Of a DNA stretch of 64,000 nucleotides, positions 44,176 through 61,300 are shown one piece after another. The stretch is from Bugula neritina. Lineage: Eukaryota > Animalia > Bryozoa. Numbering within the stretch: the stretch's first letter is position 1; every line of letters starts with the position of its first letter. The stretch covers positions 9,764,633 through 9,828,632 of the forward strand of contig OZ037769.1 of NCBI GenBank assembly GCA_964035545.1, given 5' to 3'. A program made the translations under genes and the position numbers. The notes beneath the pieces were generated by a model. That model was not told where the DNA came from, made no database searches, and worked only from the letters and a program-made list of their open reading frames with translations.

Positions 44176-47100
44176 ACTGCAACATACTGAAATACAGTGT
44201 AACATATTGAAATACACAGCAAAACAATGAAATATTCTGCAACATACTGAAACATACAGCAACATACTGAAATACACTGTAAGGTACTGAAATACACTGA
44301 AAATTGCTGAAATATACTGCAACATACTGAATTATACTGCAGCATAATGAAATATACTGCAAGATACTGCAACATACTGAAATACATTGTAAGGTACTGG
44401 AATACAGTGCAACATACTGAAACATACTGCAACATACTGAAATACACTGTAACATCTTGAAATACACTGCAAAACATTGAAATATACTGCAACATACTGA
44501 AACATACGGCAACATAATGAAATATACTGCGACACATTGAAATATACCGCAACATATTGAAATTCACTGGAACATACTGGAATAAACTGTGACACACTAA
44601 AATATTATGCAACATACTGAAAGATACTGCATTATACTGAAATATACTGCGACACAATGAAATATGCTGGAACCTACTGAATTATGCTGTAGCATACTGA
44701 AATACACTGCAACACACTGAAGTATACTGTAATATACAGAAATGTACTGTAACATACTGAAACATACGTCAACATACTGAAATGTACTGCAACTTATTGA
44801 AATATACTGCAACACATTGAAATATACTGCAACATACTGAAATATGCTGTAGCATACTGAAATACACTGCAACATGCTGACGTATACTATAATATACAGA
44901 AATGTAACGTAAAATACTGAAATATACTTCAACATACTGAAATGTACCTGAAAACATTGAAACATACTGAAATACACTGTAACATACTGAATTACTTTGC
45001 AACACATTGGAATATACTGCAACATGATGAAATATGTTGCAAACAACTGAAATATACTGCAACATGCCGCAACATGTTGAAATATACTGCAAGATACAGC
45101 AACATACTGAAATACACTGTAACATACTGAAATACACTGAAAATTACTGAAATATACTGCAAACTACTGAAATATACTGCAACATGCCGCAACATGTTGA
45201 AATATACTGCAAGATACTGCAACATACTGAGATACACTGTAACATACTGAAATACACTGCAACATACTGCAAAATACTGCATCATACTGAAATACACTGT
45301 AACATACTGAAATACCTTGTAACACATTGGAATATACTGCAACATAATGAAATATATGGTAACCTGCTGAAATACGTTGCAAACTACTGAAATTTACTGC
45401 AACATACTGCAATCTATTGAAATATACTGCAAGATACTGCAACATACTGAGATACACTGTAACATACTGCAAAATACTGCATCATACTGAAATACACTGT
45501 AACATATTGAAATACACTGCAACACATTGAAATATACTGCAACATACTGAAACATACGGCAACATACTGAAATATACTGCGACACAATGAATGTACTGCA
45601 ACATACCGAAATATGCTGTAGCATACTGAAATACACTGCAACATGCTGACGTATACTATAATATACAGAAATGTAACGTAAAATACTGAAATATACTTCA
45701 ACATACTGAAATGTACCTGAAAACATTGAAACATACTGAAATACACTGTAACATACTGAATTACTTTGCAACACATTGGAATATACTGCAACATGATGAA
45801 ATATGTTGCAAACAACTGAAATATACTGCAACATGCCGCAACATGTTGAAATATACTGCAAGATACTGCAACATACTGAGATACACTGTAACATACTGAA
45901 ATACACTGCAACATACTGCAAAATACTGCATCATACTGAAATACACTGTAACATACTGAAACACCTTGCAACACATTGGAATATACTGCAACATAATGAA
46001 ATATATGGTAACCTGCTGAAATACGTTGCAAACTACTGAAATATACTGCAACATACTGCAATCTATTGAAATATACTGCAAGATACTGCAACATACTGAG
46101 ATACACTGTAACATACTGAAATACACTGCAAATTACTGAAATATACTGCAACATACCGAAACATACTGCACAATACTGCAACATATGGAAGTACACTGTA
46201 ACATACTGAAATACACTGCAACATACTGCAAAATACTGCATCATACTGAAATACACTGTAACATATTGAAATACACTGCAACACATTGAAATATACTGCA
46301 ACATACTGAAACATACGGCAACATACTGAAATATACTGCGACACAATGAATGTACTGCAACATACCGAAATATGCTGTAGCATACTGAATTACACTGCAA
46401 CACACTGAAGTATACTGTAATCTACAGAAATGTACTGTAACATACTGAAACATACGTCAACATACTGAAATGTACCTGAAAACATTGAAACGTACTGAAA
46501 TACACTGTAACATACTGAAATACTTTGCAACATATTGGAATATACTGCAACATGATGAAATATGTTGCAAAGTACTGAAATATACTGCAACATGCCGCAA
46601 CATGTTGAAATATACTGCAAGATACTGCAACATACTGAAATACACTGTAACATACTGAAATACACTGAAAATTACTGAAATATACTGCAACATACTGAAA
46701 TATACTGCAAGATACTGCAACATACTGAAATACACTGTAACATACTGAAATACAGTGCAACATAATGAAATATACTGCAAGATACTGAAATATACTGCAC
46801 GATACTGCAACATATGGAAGTACACTGTAACATACTGAAATACACTGCAACATACTGCAAAATACTGCATCATACTGAAATACACTGTAACATACTGAAA
46901 TACTTTGCAGCACATTGGAATATACTGAGACGTACCGAAATATATGGTAAACTACTGAAATATGTTACAAACTACTGAGTTATACTGCAACATACTGCAA
47001 CATAATGAAATATACTGCAAGATACTGCAACATACTGAGATACACTGTAACATACTGATATACGCTGCAAATTACTGAAACATACTGCAACATACTGAAA

Positions 47101-47908
47101 TATACTGCAAGATACTGCAACATACTGAAACATACTGCAACAACTTAAAATTTACTGCAAAAAACTGCAACATAATGAAGTACACTGTAACATATTGAAA
47201 TACACTGCAACACATTGAAAAATACTGCAACATACTGAAATATGCTGTTGAATACTGAAATACAGTGCAACACACTGACGTATACTATAATATACAGAAA
47301 TGTACTGTAAAATACTGAAATATGCATCAACATACTGAAATATACTGCAAGATACTGCAACATACTGAATTACACTGTAACATACTGAAATACTTTGCAA
47401 CACATTTGAATATACTGCAACATAATGAAATATATGGTAACCTACTGAAATATGTTGCAAACTACTGAAATATACTGCAACATACTGCAACCTATTGAAA
47501 TTTACGAAAGATACTGCAACATACTGAAATACACTGTAACATACTGATATACACTGCAAATTACTGATATATACTGCAACATACTGAAATATACTGCAAG
47601 ATACTGCAACATCCTGAAATACAATGTAAAATACTGAAATACACTGCAACACAGTTGAATATACTGAGACGTACCGAAATATATGGTAAACTACTGAAAT
47701 ATGTTAAAAACTACTGAATTATACTGCAACATACTGCAACATAATGAAATATACTGCAAGATACTGCAACATACTGAGATACACTGTAACATACTGATAT
47801 ACACTGCAAATTACTGAAACATACTGCAACATACTGCAATATACTGCAAGATACTGCAACATACTGAAACATACTGCAACAACTTAAAATTTACTGCAAA
47901 ATACTGCA
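42597..47908. repeat. >=5.3-kb block duplicated at ~58689-64000 (offset 16092; second copy truncated by the window)
   Basis: ORF pairs 43171/59263, 44597/60689, 45414/61506, 46063/62155, 47072/63164. Confidence 0.9.
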
Positions 47909-49349
47909 ACATAATGAAATACACTGTAACATATTGAAATACACTGCAACACATTGAAAAATACTGCAACATACTGAAATATGCTGTTGAATACTGAAAT
48001 ACAGTGCAACACACTGACGTATGCTATAATATACAGAAATGTACTGTAAAATACTGAAATATGCATCAACATACTGAAATATACTGCAAGATACTGCAAC
48101 ATACTGAGTTACACTGTAACATACTGAAATACAGTGCAACATAATGAAATATACTGCAACATACCGAATAATATTGCACGATACTGCTACATATGGAAGT
48201 AGACTGTAACATACTGAAATACACTGCAACATCCTGCAAAATACTGCATCACACTGAAATACACTGTAACATATTGAAATACACTGCAACACATTGAAAT
48301 ATACTGCAACATACTGAAATATATGGTAACCTACTGAATAATGTTGAAAACTACTGAAATATACTGCAACATACTGCAAGATAATGAAATATACTGCAAC
48401 ATACTGAAATACACTGTAACATACTGAAATACACTGCAACATACGGCAACATACTGAAACACACTGTAACATATTGAAATACACTGCAACACATTGAAAT
48501 ATACTGCAACATACTGAAATATATGGTAACCTATTGAATAATGTTGAAAACTACTGAAATATACTGCAACATACTGCAAGATAATGAAATATACTGCAAC
48601 ATACTGAAATATACTGCAAGATACTGCAACATACTGAAATACACTGTAACATACTGAAATACACTACAACATACTGAAATATACTGAAACATACCGAAAT
48701 GAACTGCACGATACTGCAACATACGGAAGTATACTGTAAAGTGTAACATACTGAAATACACTGTAACATACTGAAATACACTGTAAATTACTGAAATATA
48801 CTGCAAGATACTGCAACATACTGAAATACATTGTAAGATACTGAAAAACACTGCAACATACTGCAACATACTGAAATACAGTGTAACATATTGAAATACA
48901 CAGCAAAACAATGAAATATTCTGCAACATACTGAAACATACAGCAACATACTGAAATACACTGCGACACATTGAATTCTACTGCAGCATAATGAAATATA
49001 CTGCAAGATACTGCAACATACTGAAATACATTGTAAGGTACTGGAATACAGTGCAACATACTGAAACATACTGCAACATACCGAAATTCACTGGAACATA
49101 CTGGAATAAACTGTGACACACTAAAATATTATGCAACATACTGAAAGATACTGCATTATACTGAAATATACTGCGACACAATGAAATATACTGCAAACTA
49201 CTGAAATATACTGCAACATGCCGCAACATGTTGAAATATACTGCAAGATACTGCAACATACTGAGATACACTGTAACATACTGAAATACACTGCAACATA
49301 CTGCAAAATACTGCATCATACTGAAATACACTGTAACATACTGAAATAC
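45807..49349. repeat. ~3.5-kb block duplicated at ~53364-56907 (offset 7557, then 7558 after a 1-bp insertion at ~54023)
   Basis: ORF pairs 46063/53620 (7557), then 46470/54028, 47072/54630, 48531/56089, 49121/56679 (7558). catactgaaatgtacc becomes catacttaaaatgtacc in the copy. Confidence 0.9.
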
Positions 49350-52300
49350 CTTGCAACACATTGGAATATACTGCAACATAATGAAATATATGGTATCCTG
49401 CTGAAATATGTTGCAAACTACTGAAATATACTGCAACATACTGCAATCTATTAAAATAGACTGCAAGATACTGCAACATACTGAGATACACTGTAACATA
49501 CTGAAATACACTGCAAATTACTGAAATATACTGCAACATACCGAAACATACTGCACGATACTGCAACATATGGAAGTGCACTGTAACATACTGAAATACA
49601 CTGCAACATACTGCAAAATACTGCATCATACTGAAATACACTGTAACATATTGAAATACACTGCAACACATTGAAATATACTGCAACATACTGAAACATA
49701 CGGCAACATACTGAAATATACTGCGACACAATGAATGTACTGCAACATACTGAAATATGCTGTAGCATACTGAAATACACTGCAACACACTGAAGTATAC
49801 TGTAATATACAGAAATGTACTGTAACATACTGAAACATACGTCAACATACTGAAATGTACCTGAAAACATTGAAACATACTGAAATACACTGTAACATAC
49901 TCAAATACTTTGCAACACATTGGAATATACTGCAACATGATGAAATATGTTGCTAACTACTGAAATATACTGCAACGTGCCGCAAAATGTTGAAATATAC
50001 TGCAAGATACTGCAACATACTGAAATACACTGTAACATACTGAAATACACTGAAAATTACTGAAAAATACTGCAACATACTGAAATATACTGCAAGATAC
50101 TGCAACATACTGAAATACACTGTAACATACTGAAATACAGTGCAACATAATGAAATATACTGCAAGATACCGAAATATGCTGCACGATACTGCAACATAT
50201 GGAAGTACACTGTAACATACTGAAATACACTGCAACATACTGCAAAATATTGCATCATACTGAAATACACTGTAACATACTGAGATACTTTGCAACACAT
50301 TGGAATATACTGCAACATACTGAAATACACTGTAACATACTGAAATACACTGAAAATTACTGAGATATACTGCAAGACACTGCAACATACTGAAATACAC
50401 TGTAACATACTGAAATACACAGCAAATTACTGAAATATACTGCAACATACTGAAATATACTGCAAGATACTGCAACATACTGAAATACAGTGTAACATAC
50501 TGAAATACACTGCTACACAATTGAATATACTGCAACGTACCGAAATATATGGTAAACTACTGAAATATGTTACAAAATACTGAAATATACTGAAATATAC
50601 TGCAACATACTAAAATATACTGCAAGATACTGCAACATACTGCAACATACTGAAATACATTGTAAGATACTGAAATACACTGCAATATACTGCAACATAC
50701 TGAAATATACTGCGACGTATCGAAATATGCTGCAACATACTGAAATACACTGCAAGATACTGCAACATACTGAAATACACTGTAACATACTGAAATACAC
50801 TACAACATACTGAAATATACTGAAACATACCGAAATATACTGCACGATACTGCAACATACGGAAGTATACTGTAAACTGTAACATACTGAAATACACTGT
50901 AACATACTGAAATACACTGTAAATTACTGAAATATACTGCAAGATACTGCAACATACTGAAATACATTGTAAGATACTGAAAAACACTGCAACATACTGC
51001 AACATACTGAAATACAGTGTAACATATTGAAATACACAGCAAAACAATGAAATATCCTGCAACATACTGAAACATACAGCAACATACTGAAATACACTGC
51101 GACACATTGAATTACACTGCAGCATAATGAACTATACTGCAAGATACTGCAACATACTGAAATACATTGTAAGGTACTGGAATACAGTGCAACATACTGA
51201 AACATACTGCAACATACTGAAATACACTGTAACATCTTGAAATACACTGCAAAACATTGAAATATACTGCAACATACTGAAACATACGGCAACATAATGA
51301 AATATACTGCGACACATTGAAATATACCGCAACATACTGAAATTCACTGGAACATACTAGAATAAACTGTGACACACTAAAATATTATGCAACACACTGA
51401 AAGATACTGCATTATACTGAAATATACTGCGACACAATGAAATATACTGCAACCTACTGAAATATGCTGTAGCATACTGAAATACACTGCAACACACTGA
51501 AGTATACTGTAATATACAGAAATGTACTGTAACATACTGAAACATACGTCAACATACTGAAATGTACTGCAACATATTGAAATATACTGCAACACATTGA
51601 AATATACTGCAACATACTGAAATACACTGCACGATACAGCTACATATGGAAGTACACTGTAACGTACTGAAATACACTGTAACATATTGAAATACACTGC
51701 AACACATTGAAATATACTGCAACATACTGAAACATACGGCAACATACTAAAATATACTGCGACACAATGAATGTATTGCAACATACTGAAATATGCTGTA
51801 GCATACTGGAATACACTGCAACACACTGAAGTCTACTGTAATATACAGAAATGTACTGTAACATACTGAAACATACAACAACATACTGAAATTTACTGCA
51901 ACATACTGAAATATACTGCAACATACTGAAATACACTGTAACATACTGAAATACACTGCAACATACGGCAACATACTGAAACACACTGTAACATATTGAA
52001 ATACACTGCAACACATTGAAATATACTGCAACATACTGAAACATATGGTAACCTACTGAATAATGTTGAAAACTACTGAAATATACTGCAACATACTGCA
52101 CGATAATGAAACATACTGCAACATACTGAAAGATACTGCAAGATACTGCAACATACTGAAATACACTGTAACATACTGAAATACACTACAACATACTGAA
52201 ATATACTGAAACATACCGAAATATACTGCACGATACTGCAACATACGGAAGTATACTGTAAACTGTAACATACTGAAATACACCGTAACATACTGAAATA

Positions 52301-55300
52301 CACTATAAATTACTGAAATATACTGCAAGATACTGCAACATACTGAAATACATTGTAAGATACTGAAAAACACTGCAACATACTGCAACATACTGAAATA
52401 CAGTGTAACATATTGAAATACACAGCAAAACAATGAAATATTCTGCAACATACTGAAACATACAGCAACATACTGAAATACACTGTAAGGTACTGAAATA
52501 CACTGAAAATTGCTGAAATATACTGCAACATACTGAATTATACTGCAGCATAATGAAATATGCTGCAAGATACTGCAACATACTGAAATACATTGTAAGG
52601 TACTGGAATACAGTGCAACATACTGAAACATACTGCAACATACTGAAATACACTGTAACATCTTGAAATACACTGCAAAACATTGAAATATACTGCAACA
52701 TACTGAAACATACGGCAACATAATGAAATATACTGCGACACATTGAAATATACCGCAACATACTGAAATTCACTATAACATACTGGAATAAACTGTGACA
52801 CACTAAAATATTATGCAACATACTGAAAGATACTGCATTATACTGAAATATACTGCGACACAATGAAATATGCTGGAACCTACTGAATTATGCTGTAGCA
52901 TACTGAAATACACTGCAACACACTGAAGTATACTGTAATATACAGAAATGTACTGTAACATACTGAAACATACGTCAACATACTGAAATGTACTGCAACT
53001 TATTGAAATATACTGCAACACATTGAAATATACTGCAACATACTGAAATATGCTGTAGCATACTGAAATACACAGCAACATGCTGACGTATACTATAATA
53101 TACAGAAATGTAACGTAAAATACTGAAATATACTTCAACATACTGAAATGTACCTGAAAACATTGAAACATACTGAAATACACTGTAACATACTGAATTA
53201 CTTTGCAACACATTGGAATATACTGCAACATGATGAAATATGTTGCAAACAACTGAAATATACTGCAACATGCCGCAACATGTTGAAATATACTGCAAGA
53301 TACTGCAACATACTGAAATACACTGTAACATACTGAAATACACTGAAAATTACTGAAATATACTGCAAACAACTGAAATATACTGCAACATGCCGCAACA
53401 TGTTGAAATATACTGCAAGATACTGCAACATACTGAGATACACTGTAACATACTGAAATACACTGCAACATACTGCAAAATACTGCATCATACTGAAATA
53501 CACTGTAACATACTGAAATACCTTGCAACACATTGGAATATACTGCAACATAATGAAATATATGGTAACCTGCTGAAATACGTTGCAAACTACTGAAATA
53601 TACTGCAACATACTGCAATCTATTGAAATATACTGCAAGATACTGCAACATACTGAGATACACTGTAACATACTGAAATACACTGCAAATTACTGAAATA
53701 TACTGCAACATACCGAAACATACTGCACAATACTGCAACATATGGAAGTACACTGTAACATACTGAAATACACTGCAACATACTGCAAAATACTGCATCA
53801 TACTGAAATACACTGTAACATATTGAAATACACTGCAACACATTGAAATATACTGCAACATACTGAAACATACGGCAACATACTGAAATATACTGCGACA
53901 CAATGAATGTACTGCAACATACCGAAATATGCTGTAGCATACTGAATTACACTGCAACACACTGAAGTATACTGTAATCTACAGAAATGTACTGTAACAT
54001 ACTGAAACATACGTCAACATACTTAAAATGTACCTGAAAACATTGAAACGTACTGAAATACACTGTAACATACTGAAATACTTTGCAACATATTGGAATA
54101 TACTGCAACATGATGAAATATGTTGCAAAGTACTGAAATATACTGCAACATGCCGCAACATGTTGAAATATACTGCAAGATACTGCAACATACTGAAATA
54201 CACTGTAACATACTGAAATACACTGAAAATTACTGAAATATACTGCAACATACTGAAATATACTGCAAGATACTGCAACATACTGAAATACACTGTAACA
54301 TACTGAAATACAGTGCAACATAATGAAATATACTGCAAGATACTGAAATATACTGCACGATACTGCAACATATGGAAGTACACTGTAACATACTGAAATA
54401 CACTGCAACATACTGCAAAATACTGCATCATACTGAAATACACTGTAACATACTGAAATACTTTGCAGCACATTGGAATATACTGAGACGTACCGAAATA
54501 TATGGTAAACTACTGAAATATGTTACAAACTACTGAATTATACTGCAACATACTGCAACATAATGAAATATACTGCAAGATACTGCAACATACTGAGATA
54601 CACTGTAACATACTGATATACGCTGCAAATTACTGAAACATACTGCAACATACTGAAATATACTGCAAGATACTGCAACATACTGAAACATACTGCAACA
54701 ACTTAAAATTTACTGCAAAAAACTGCAACATAATGAAGTACACTGTAACATATTGAAATACACTGCAACACATTGAAAAATACTGCAACATACTGAAATA
54801 TGCTGTTGAATACTGAAATACAGTGCAACACACTGACGTATACTATAATATACAGAAATGTACTGTAAAATACTGAAATATGCATCAACATACTGAAATA
54901 TACTGCAAGATACTGCAACATACTGAATTACACTGTAACATACTGAAATACTTTGCAACACATTTGAATATACTGCAACATAATGAAATATATGGTAACC
55001 TACTGAAATATGTTGCAAACTACTGAAATATACTGCAACATACTGCAACCTATTGAAATTTACGAAAGATACTGCAACATACTGAAATACACTGTAACAT
55101 ACTGATATACACTGCAAATTACTGATATATACTGCAACATACTGAAATATACTGCAAGATACTGCAACATCCTGAAATACAATGTAAAATACTGAAATAC
55201 ACTGCAACACAGTTGAATATACTGAGACGTACCGAAATATATGGTAAACTACTGAAATATGTTAAAAACTACTGAATTATACTGCAACATACTGCAACAT

Positions 55301-58300
55301 AATGAAATATACTGCAAGATACTGCAACATACTGAGATACACTGTAACATACTGATATACACTGCAAATTACTGAAACATACTGCAACATACTGCAATAT
55401 ACTGCAAGATACTGCAACATACTGAAACATACTGCAACAACTTAAAATTTACTGCAAAATACTGCAACATAATGAAATACACTGTAACATATTGAAATAC
55501 ACTGCAACACATTGAAAAATACTGCAACATACTGAAATATGCTGTTGAATACTGAAATACAGTGCAACACACTGACGTATGCTATAATATACAGAAATGT
55601 ACTGTAAAATACTGAAATATGCATCAACATACTGAAATATACTGCAAGATACTGCAACATACTGAGTTACACTGTAACATACTGAAATACAGTGCAACAT
55701 AATGAAATATACTGCAACATACCGAATAATATTGCACGATACTGCTACATATGGAAGTAGACTGTAACATACTGAAATACACTGCAACATCCTGCAAAAT
55801 ACTGCATCACACTGAAATACACTGTAACATATTGAAATACACTGCAACACATTGAAATATACTGCAACATACTGAAATATATGGTAACCTACTGAATAAT
55901 GTTGAAAACTACTGAAATATACTGCAACATACTGCAAGATAATGAAATATACTGCAACATACTGAAATACACTGTAACATACTGAAATACACTGCAACAT
56001 ACGGCAACATACTGAAACACACTGTAACATATTGAAATACACTGCAACACATTGAAATATACTGCAACATACTGAAATATATGGTAACCTATTGAATAAT
56101 GTTGAAAACTACTGAAATATACTGCAACATACTGCAAGATAATGAAATATACTGCAACATACTGAAATATACTGCAAGATACTGCAACATACTGAAATAC
56201 ACTGTAACATACTGAAATACACTACAACATACTGAAATATACTGAAACATACCGAAATGAACTGCACGATACTGCAACATACGGAAGTATACTGTAAAGT
56301 GTAACATACTGAAATACACTGTAACATACTGAAATACACTGTAAATTACTGAAATATACTGCAAGATACTGCAACATACTGAAATACATTGTAAGATACT
56401 GAAAAACACTGCAACATACTGCAACATACTGAAATACAGTGTAACATATTGAAATACACAGCAAAACAATGAAATATTCTGCAACATACTGAAACATACA
56501 GCAACATACTGAAATACACTGCGACACATTGAATTCTACTGCAGCATAATGAAATATACTGCAAGATACTGCAACATACTGAAATACATTGTAAGGTACT
56601 GGAATACAGTGCAACATACTGAAACATACTGCAACATACCGAAATTCACTGGAACATACTGGAATAAACTGTGACACACTAAAATATTATGCAACATACT
56701 GAAAGATACTGCATTATACTGAAATATACTGCGACACAATGAAATATACTGCAAACTACTGAAATATACTGCAACATGCCGCAACATGTTGAAATATACT
56801 GCAAGATACTGCAACATACTGAGATACACTGTAACATACTGAAATACACTGCAACATACTGCAAAATACTGCATCATACTGAAATACACTGTAACATACT
56901 GAAATACTTTGCAACACATTGGAATATACTGCAACATACTGAAATACACTGTAACATACTGAAATACACTGAAAATTACTGAAATATACTGCAACATACT
57001 GAAATATACTGCAAGATACTGCAACATACTGAAATACACTGTAACATACTGAAATACACAGCAAATTACTGAAATATACTGCAACATACTGAAATATACT
57101 GCAAGATACTGCAACATACTGAAATACAGTGTAACATACTGAAATACACTGCTACACAGTTGAATATACTGCAACGTACCGAAATATATGGTAAACTACT
57201 GAAATATGTTACAAAATACTGAAATATACTGAAATATACTGCAGCATACTAAAATATACTGCAAGATACTGCAACATACTGCAACATACTGAAATACATT
57301 GTAAGATACTGAAATATACTGCAATATACTGCAACATACTGAAATATACTGCGACGTATCGAAATATGCTGCAACATACTGAAATATACTGCAACAACTT
57401 AAAAAATACTGCAAAATACTGCCACATAATGAAATACATTGTAACATCTTGAAATACACTGCAACACATTGAAATATACTGCAACATACTGAAATATGCT
57501 GTAGCATACTGAAAGACACTGCAACACACTGACGTAAAATACAATATACAGAAATGTACTGTAAAATACTGAAACATACAACAACATACTGAAATTTATT
57601 GCAACATACTGAAATACACTGCAACATACTGAAATACACTGTAACATACTGAAATGCACTGCAACATACGGCAACATACTGAAACATACTGAAACATATG
57701 GTAACCTACTGAATAATGTTGAAAACTACTGAAATATACTGCAACATACTGCACGATAATGAAACATACTGCAACATACTGAAATACACTGCAAGATACT
57801 GCAACATACTGAAATACACTGTAACATACTGAAATACACTACAACATACTGAAATATACTGAAACATACCGAAATATACTGCACGATACTGCAACATACG
57901 GAAGTATACTGTAAACTGTAACATACTGAAATACACTGTAACATACTGAAATACACTGTAAATTACTGAAATATACTGCAAGATACTGCAACATACTGAA
58001 ATACATTGTAAGATACTGAAAAACACTGCAACATACTGCAACATACTGAAATACAGTGTAACATATTGAAATACACAGCAAAACAATGAAATATCCTGCA
58101 ACATACTGAAACATACAGCAACATACTGAAATACACTGCGACACATTGAATTATACTGCAGCATAAAGAAATATGCTGCAAAATACTGCAACATACTGAA
58201 ATACATTGTAAGGTACTGGAATACAGTGCAACATACTGAAACATACTGCAACATACTGAAATACACTGTAACATCTTGAAATACACTGCAAAACATTGAA

Positions 58301-61300
58301 ATATACTGCAACATACTGAAACATACGGCAACATAATGAAATATACTGCGACACATTGAAATATACCGCAACATACTGAAATTCACTGGAACATACTGGA
58401 ATAAACTGTGACACACTAAAATATTATGCAACATACTGAAAGATACTGCATTATACTGAAATATACTGCGACACAATGAAATATGCTGGAACCTACTGAA
58501 TTATGCTGTAGCATACTGAAATACACTGCAACACCTTGAAGTATACTGTAATATACAGAAATGTACTGTAACATACTGAAACATACGTCAACATACTGAA
58601 ATGTACTGCAACTTATTGAAATATACTGCAACACATTGAAATATACTGCAACATACTGAAATATGCTGTAGCATACTGAAATACACTGCAACATACTGAA
58701 ATATACTGAAACATACCGAAATATACTGCACGATACTGCAACATACGGAAGTATACTGTAAACTGTAACATACTGAAATACACTGTAACATACTGAAATA
58801 CACTGTAAATTACTGAAATATACTGCAAGATACTGCAACATACTGAAATACATTGTAAGATACTGAAAAACACTGCAACATACTGCAACATACTGAAATA
58901 CAGTGTAACATATTGAAACACACAGCAAAACAATGAAATATCCTGCAACATACTGAAACATACGGCAACATACTGAAATACACTGCGACACATTGAATTA
59001 TACTGCAGCATAATGAAATATACTGCAAGATACTGCAACATACTGAAATACATTGTAAGGTACTGGAATACAGTGCAACATACTGAAACATACTGCAACA
59101 TACTGAAATACACTGTAACATCTTGAAATACACTGCAAAACATTGAAATATACTGCAACATACTGAAACATACGGCAACATAATGAAATATACTGCGACA
59201 CATTGAAATATACCGCAACATACTGAAATTCACTGGAACATACTGGAATAAACTGTGACACACTAAAATATTATGCAACACACTGAAAGATACTGCATTA
59301 TACTGAAATATACTGCGACACAATGAAATATACTGCAACCTACTGAAATATGCTGTAGCATACTGAAATACACTGCAACACACTGAAGTATACTGTAATA
59401 TACAGAAATGTACTGTAACATACTGAAACATACGTCAACATACTGAAATGTACTGCAACATATTGAAATATACTGCAACACATTGAAATATACTGCAACA
59501 TACTGAAATACACTGCACGATACTGCTACATATGGAAGTACACTGTAACGTACTGAAATACACTGTAACATATTGAAATACACTGCAACACATTGAAATA
59601 TACTGCAACATACTGAAACATACTGCAACATACTAAAATATACTGCGACACAATGAATGTATTGCAACATACTGAAATATGCTGTAGCATACCGGAATAC
59701 ACTGGAACACACTGAAGTATACTGTAATATACAGAAATGTACTGTAACATACTGAAACATACAACAACATACTGAAATTTACTGCAACATACTGAAATAT
59801 ACTGCAACATACTGAAATACACTGTAACATACTGAAATACACTGCAACATACGGCAACATACTGAAACACACTGTAACATATTGAAATACACTGCAACAC
59901 ATTGAAATATACTGCAACATACTGAAACATATGGTAACCTACTGAATAATGTTGAAAACTACTGAAATATACTGCAACATACTGCACGATAATGAAACAT
60001 ACTGCAACATACTGAAATATACTGCAAGATACTGCAACATAGTGAAATACACTGTAACATACTGAGATACACTACAACATACTGAAATATACTGAAACAT
60101 ACCGAAATATACTGCACGATACTGCAACATACGGAAGTAGACTGTAAACTGTAACATACTGAAATACACCGTAACATACTGAAATACACTGTAAATTACT
60201 GAAATATACTGCAAGATACTGCAACATACTGAAATACATTGTAAGATACTGAGAAACACTGCAACATACTGCAACATACTGAAATACAGTGTAACATATT
60301 GAAATACACAGCAAAACAATGAAATATTCTGCAACATACTGAAACATACAGCAACATACTGAAATACACTGTAAGGTACTGAAATACACTGAAAATTGCT
60401 GAAATATACTGCAACATACTGAATTATACTGCAGCATAATGAAATATACTGCAAGATACTGCAACATACTGAAATACATTGTAAGGTACTGGAATACAGT
60501 GCAACATACTGAAACATACTGCAACATACTGAAATACACTGTAACATCTTGAAATACACTGCAAAACATTGAAATATACTGCAACATACTGAAACATACG
60601 GCAACATAATGAAATATACTGCGACACATTGAAATATACCGCAACATATTGAAATTCACTGGAACATACTGGAATAAACTGTGACACACTAAAATATTAT
60701 GCAACATACTGAAAGATACTGCATTATACTGAAATATACTGCGACACAATGAAATATGCTGGAACCTACTGAATTATGCTGTAGCATACTGAAATACACT
60801 GCAACACACTGAAGTATACTGTAATATACAGAAATGTACTGTAACATACTGAAACATACGTCAACATACTGAAATGTACTGCAACTTATTGAAATATACT
60901 GCAACACATTGAAATATACTGCAACATACTGAAATATGCTGTAGCATACTGAAATACACTGCAACATGCTGACGTATACTATAATATACAGAAATGTAAC
61001 GTAAAATACTGAAATATACTTCAACATACTGAAATGTACCTGAAAACATTGAAACATACTGAAATACACTGTAACATACTGAATTACTTTGCAACACATT
61101 GGAATATACTGCAACATGATGAAATATGTTGCAAACAACTGAAATATACTGCAACATGCCGCAACATGTTGAAATATACTGCAAGATACAGCAACATACT
61201 GAAATACACTGTAACATACTGAAATACACTGAAAATTACTGAAATATACTGCAAACTACTGAAATATACTGCAACATGCCGCAACATGTTGAAATATACT

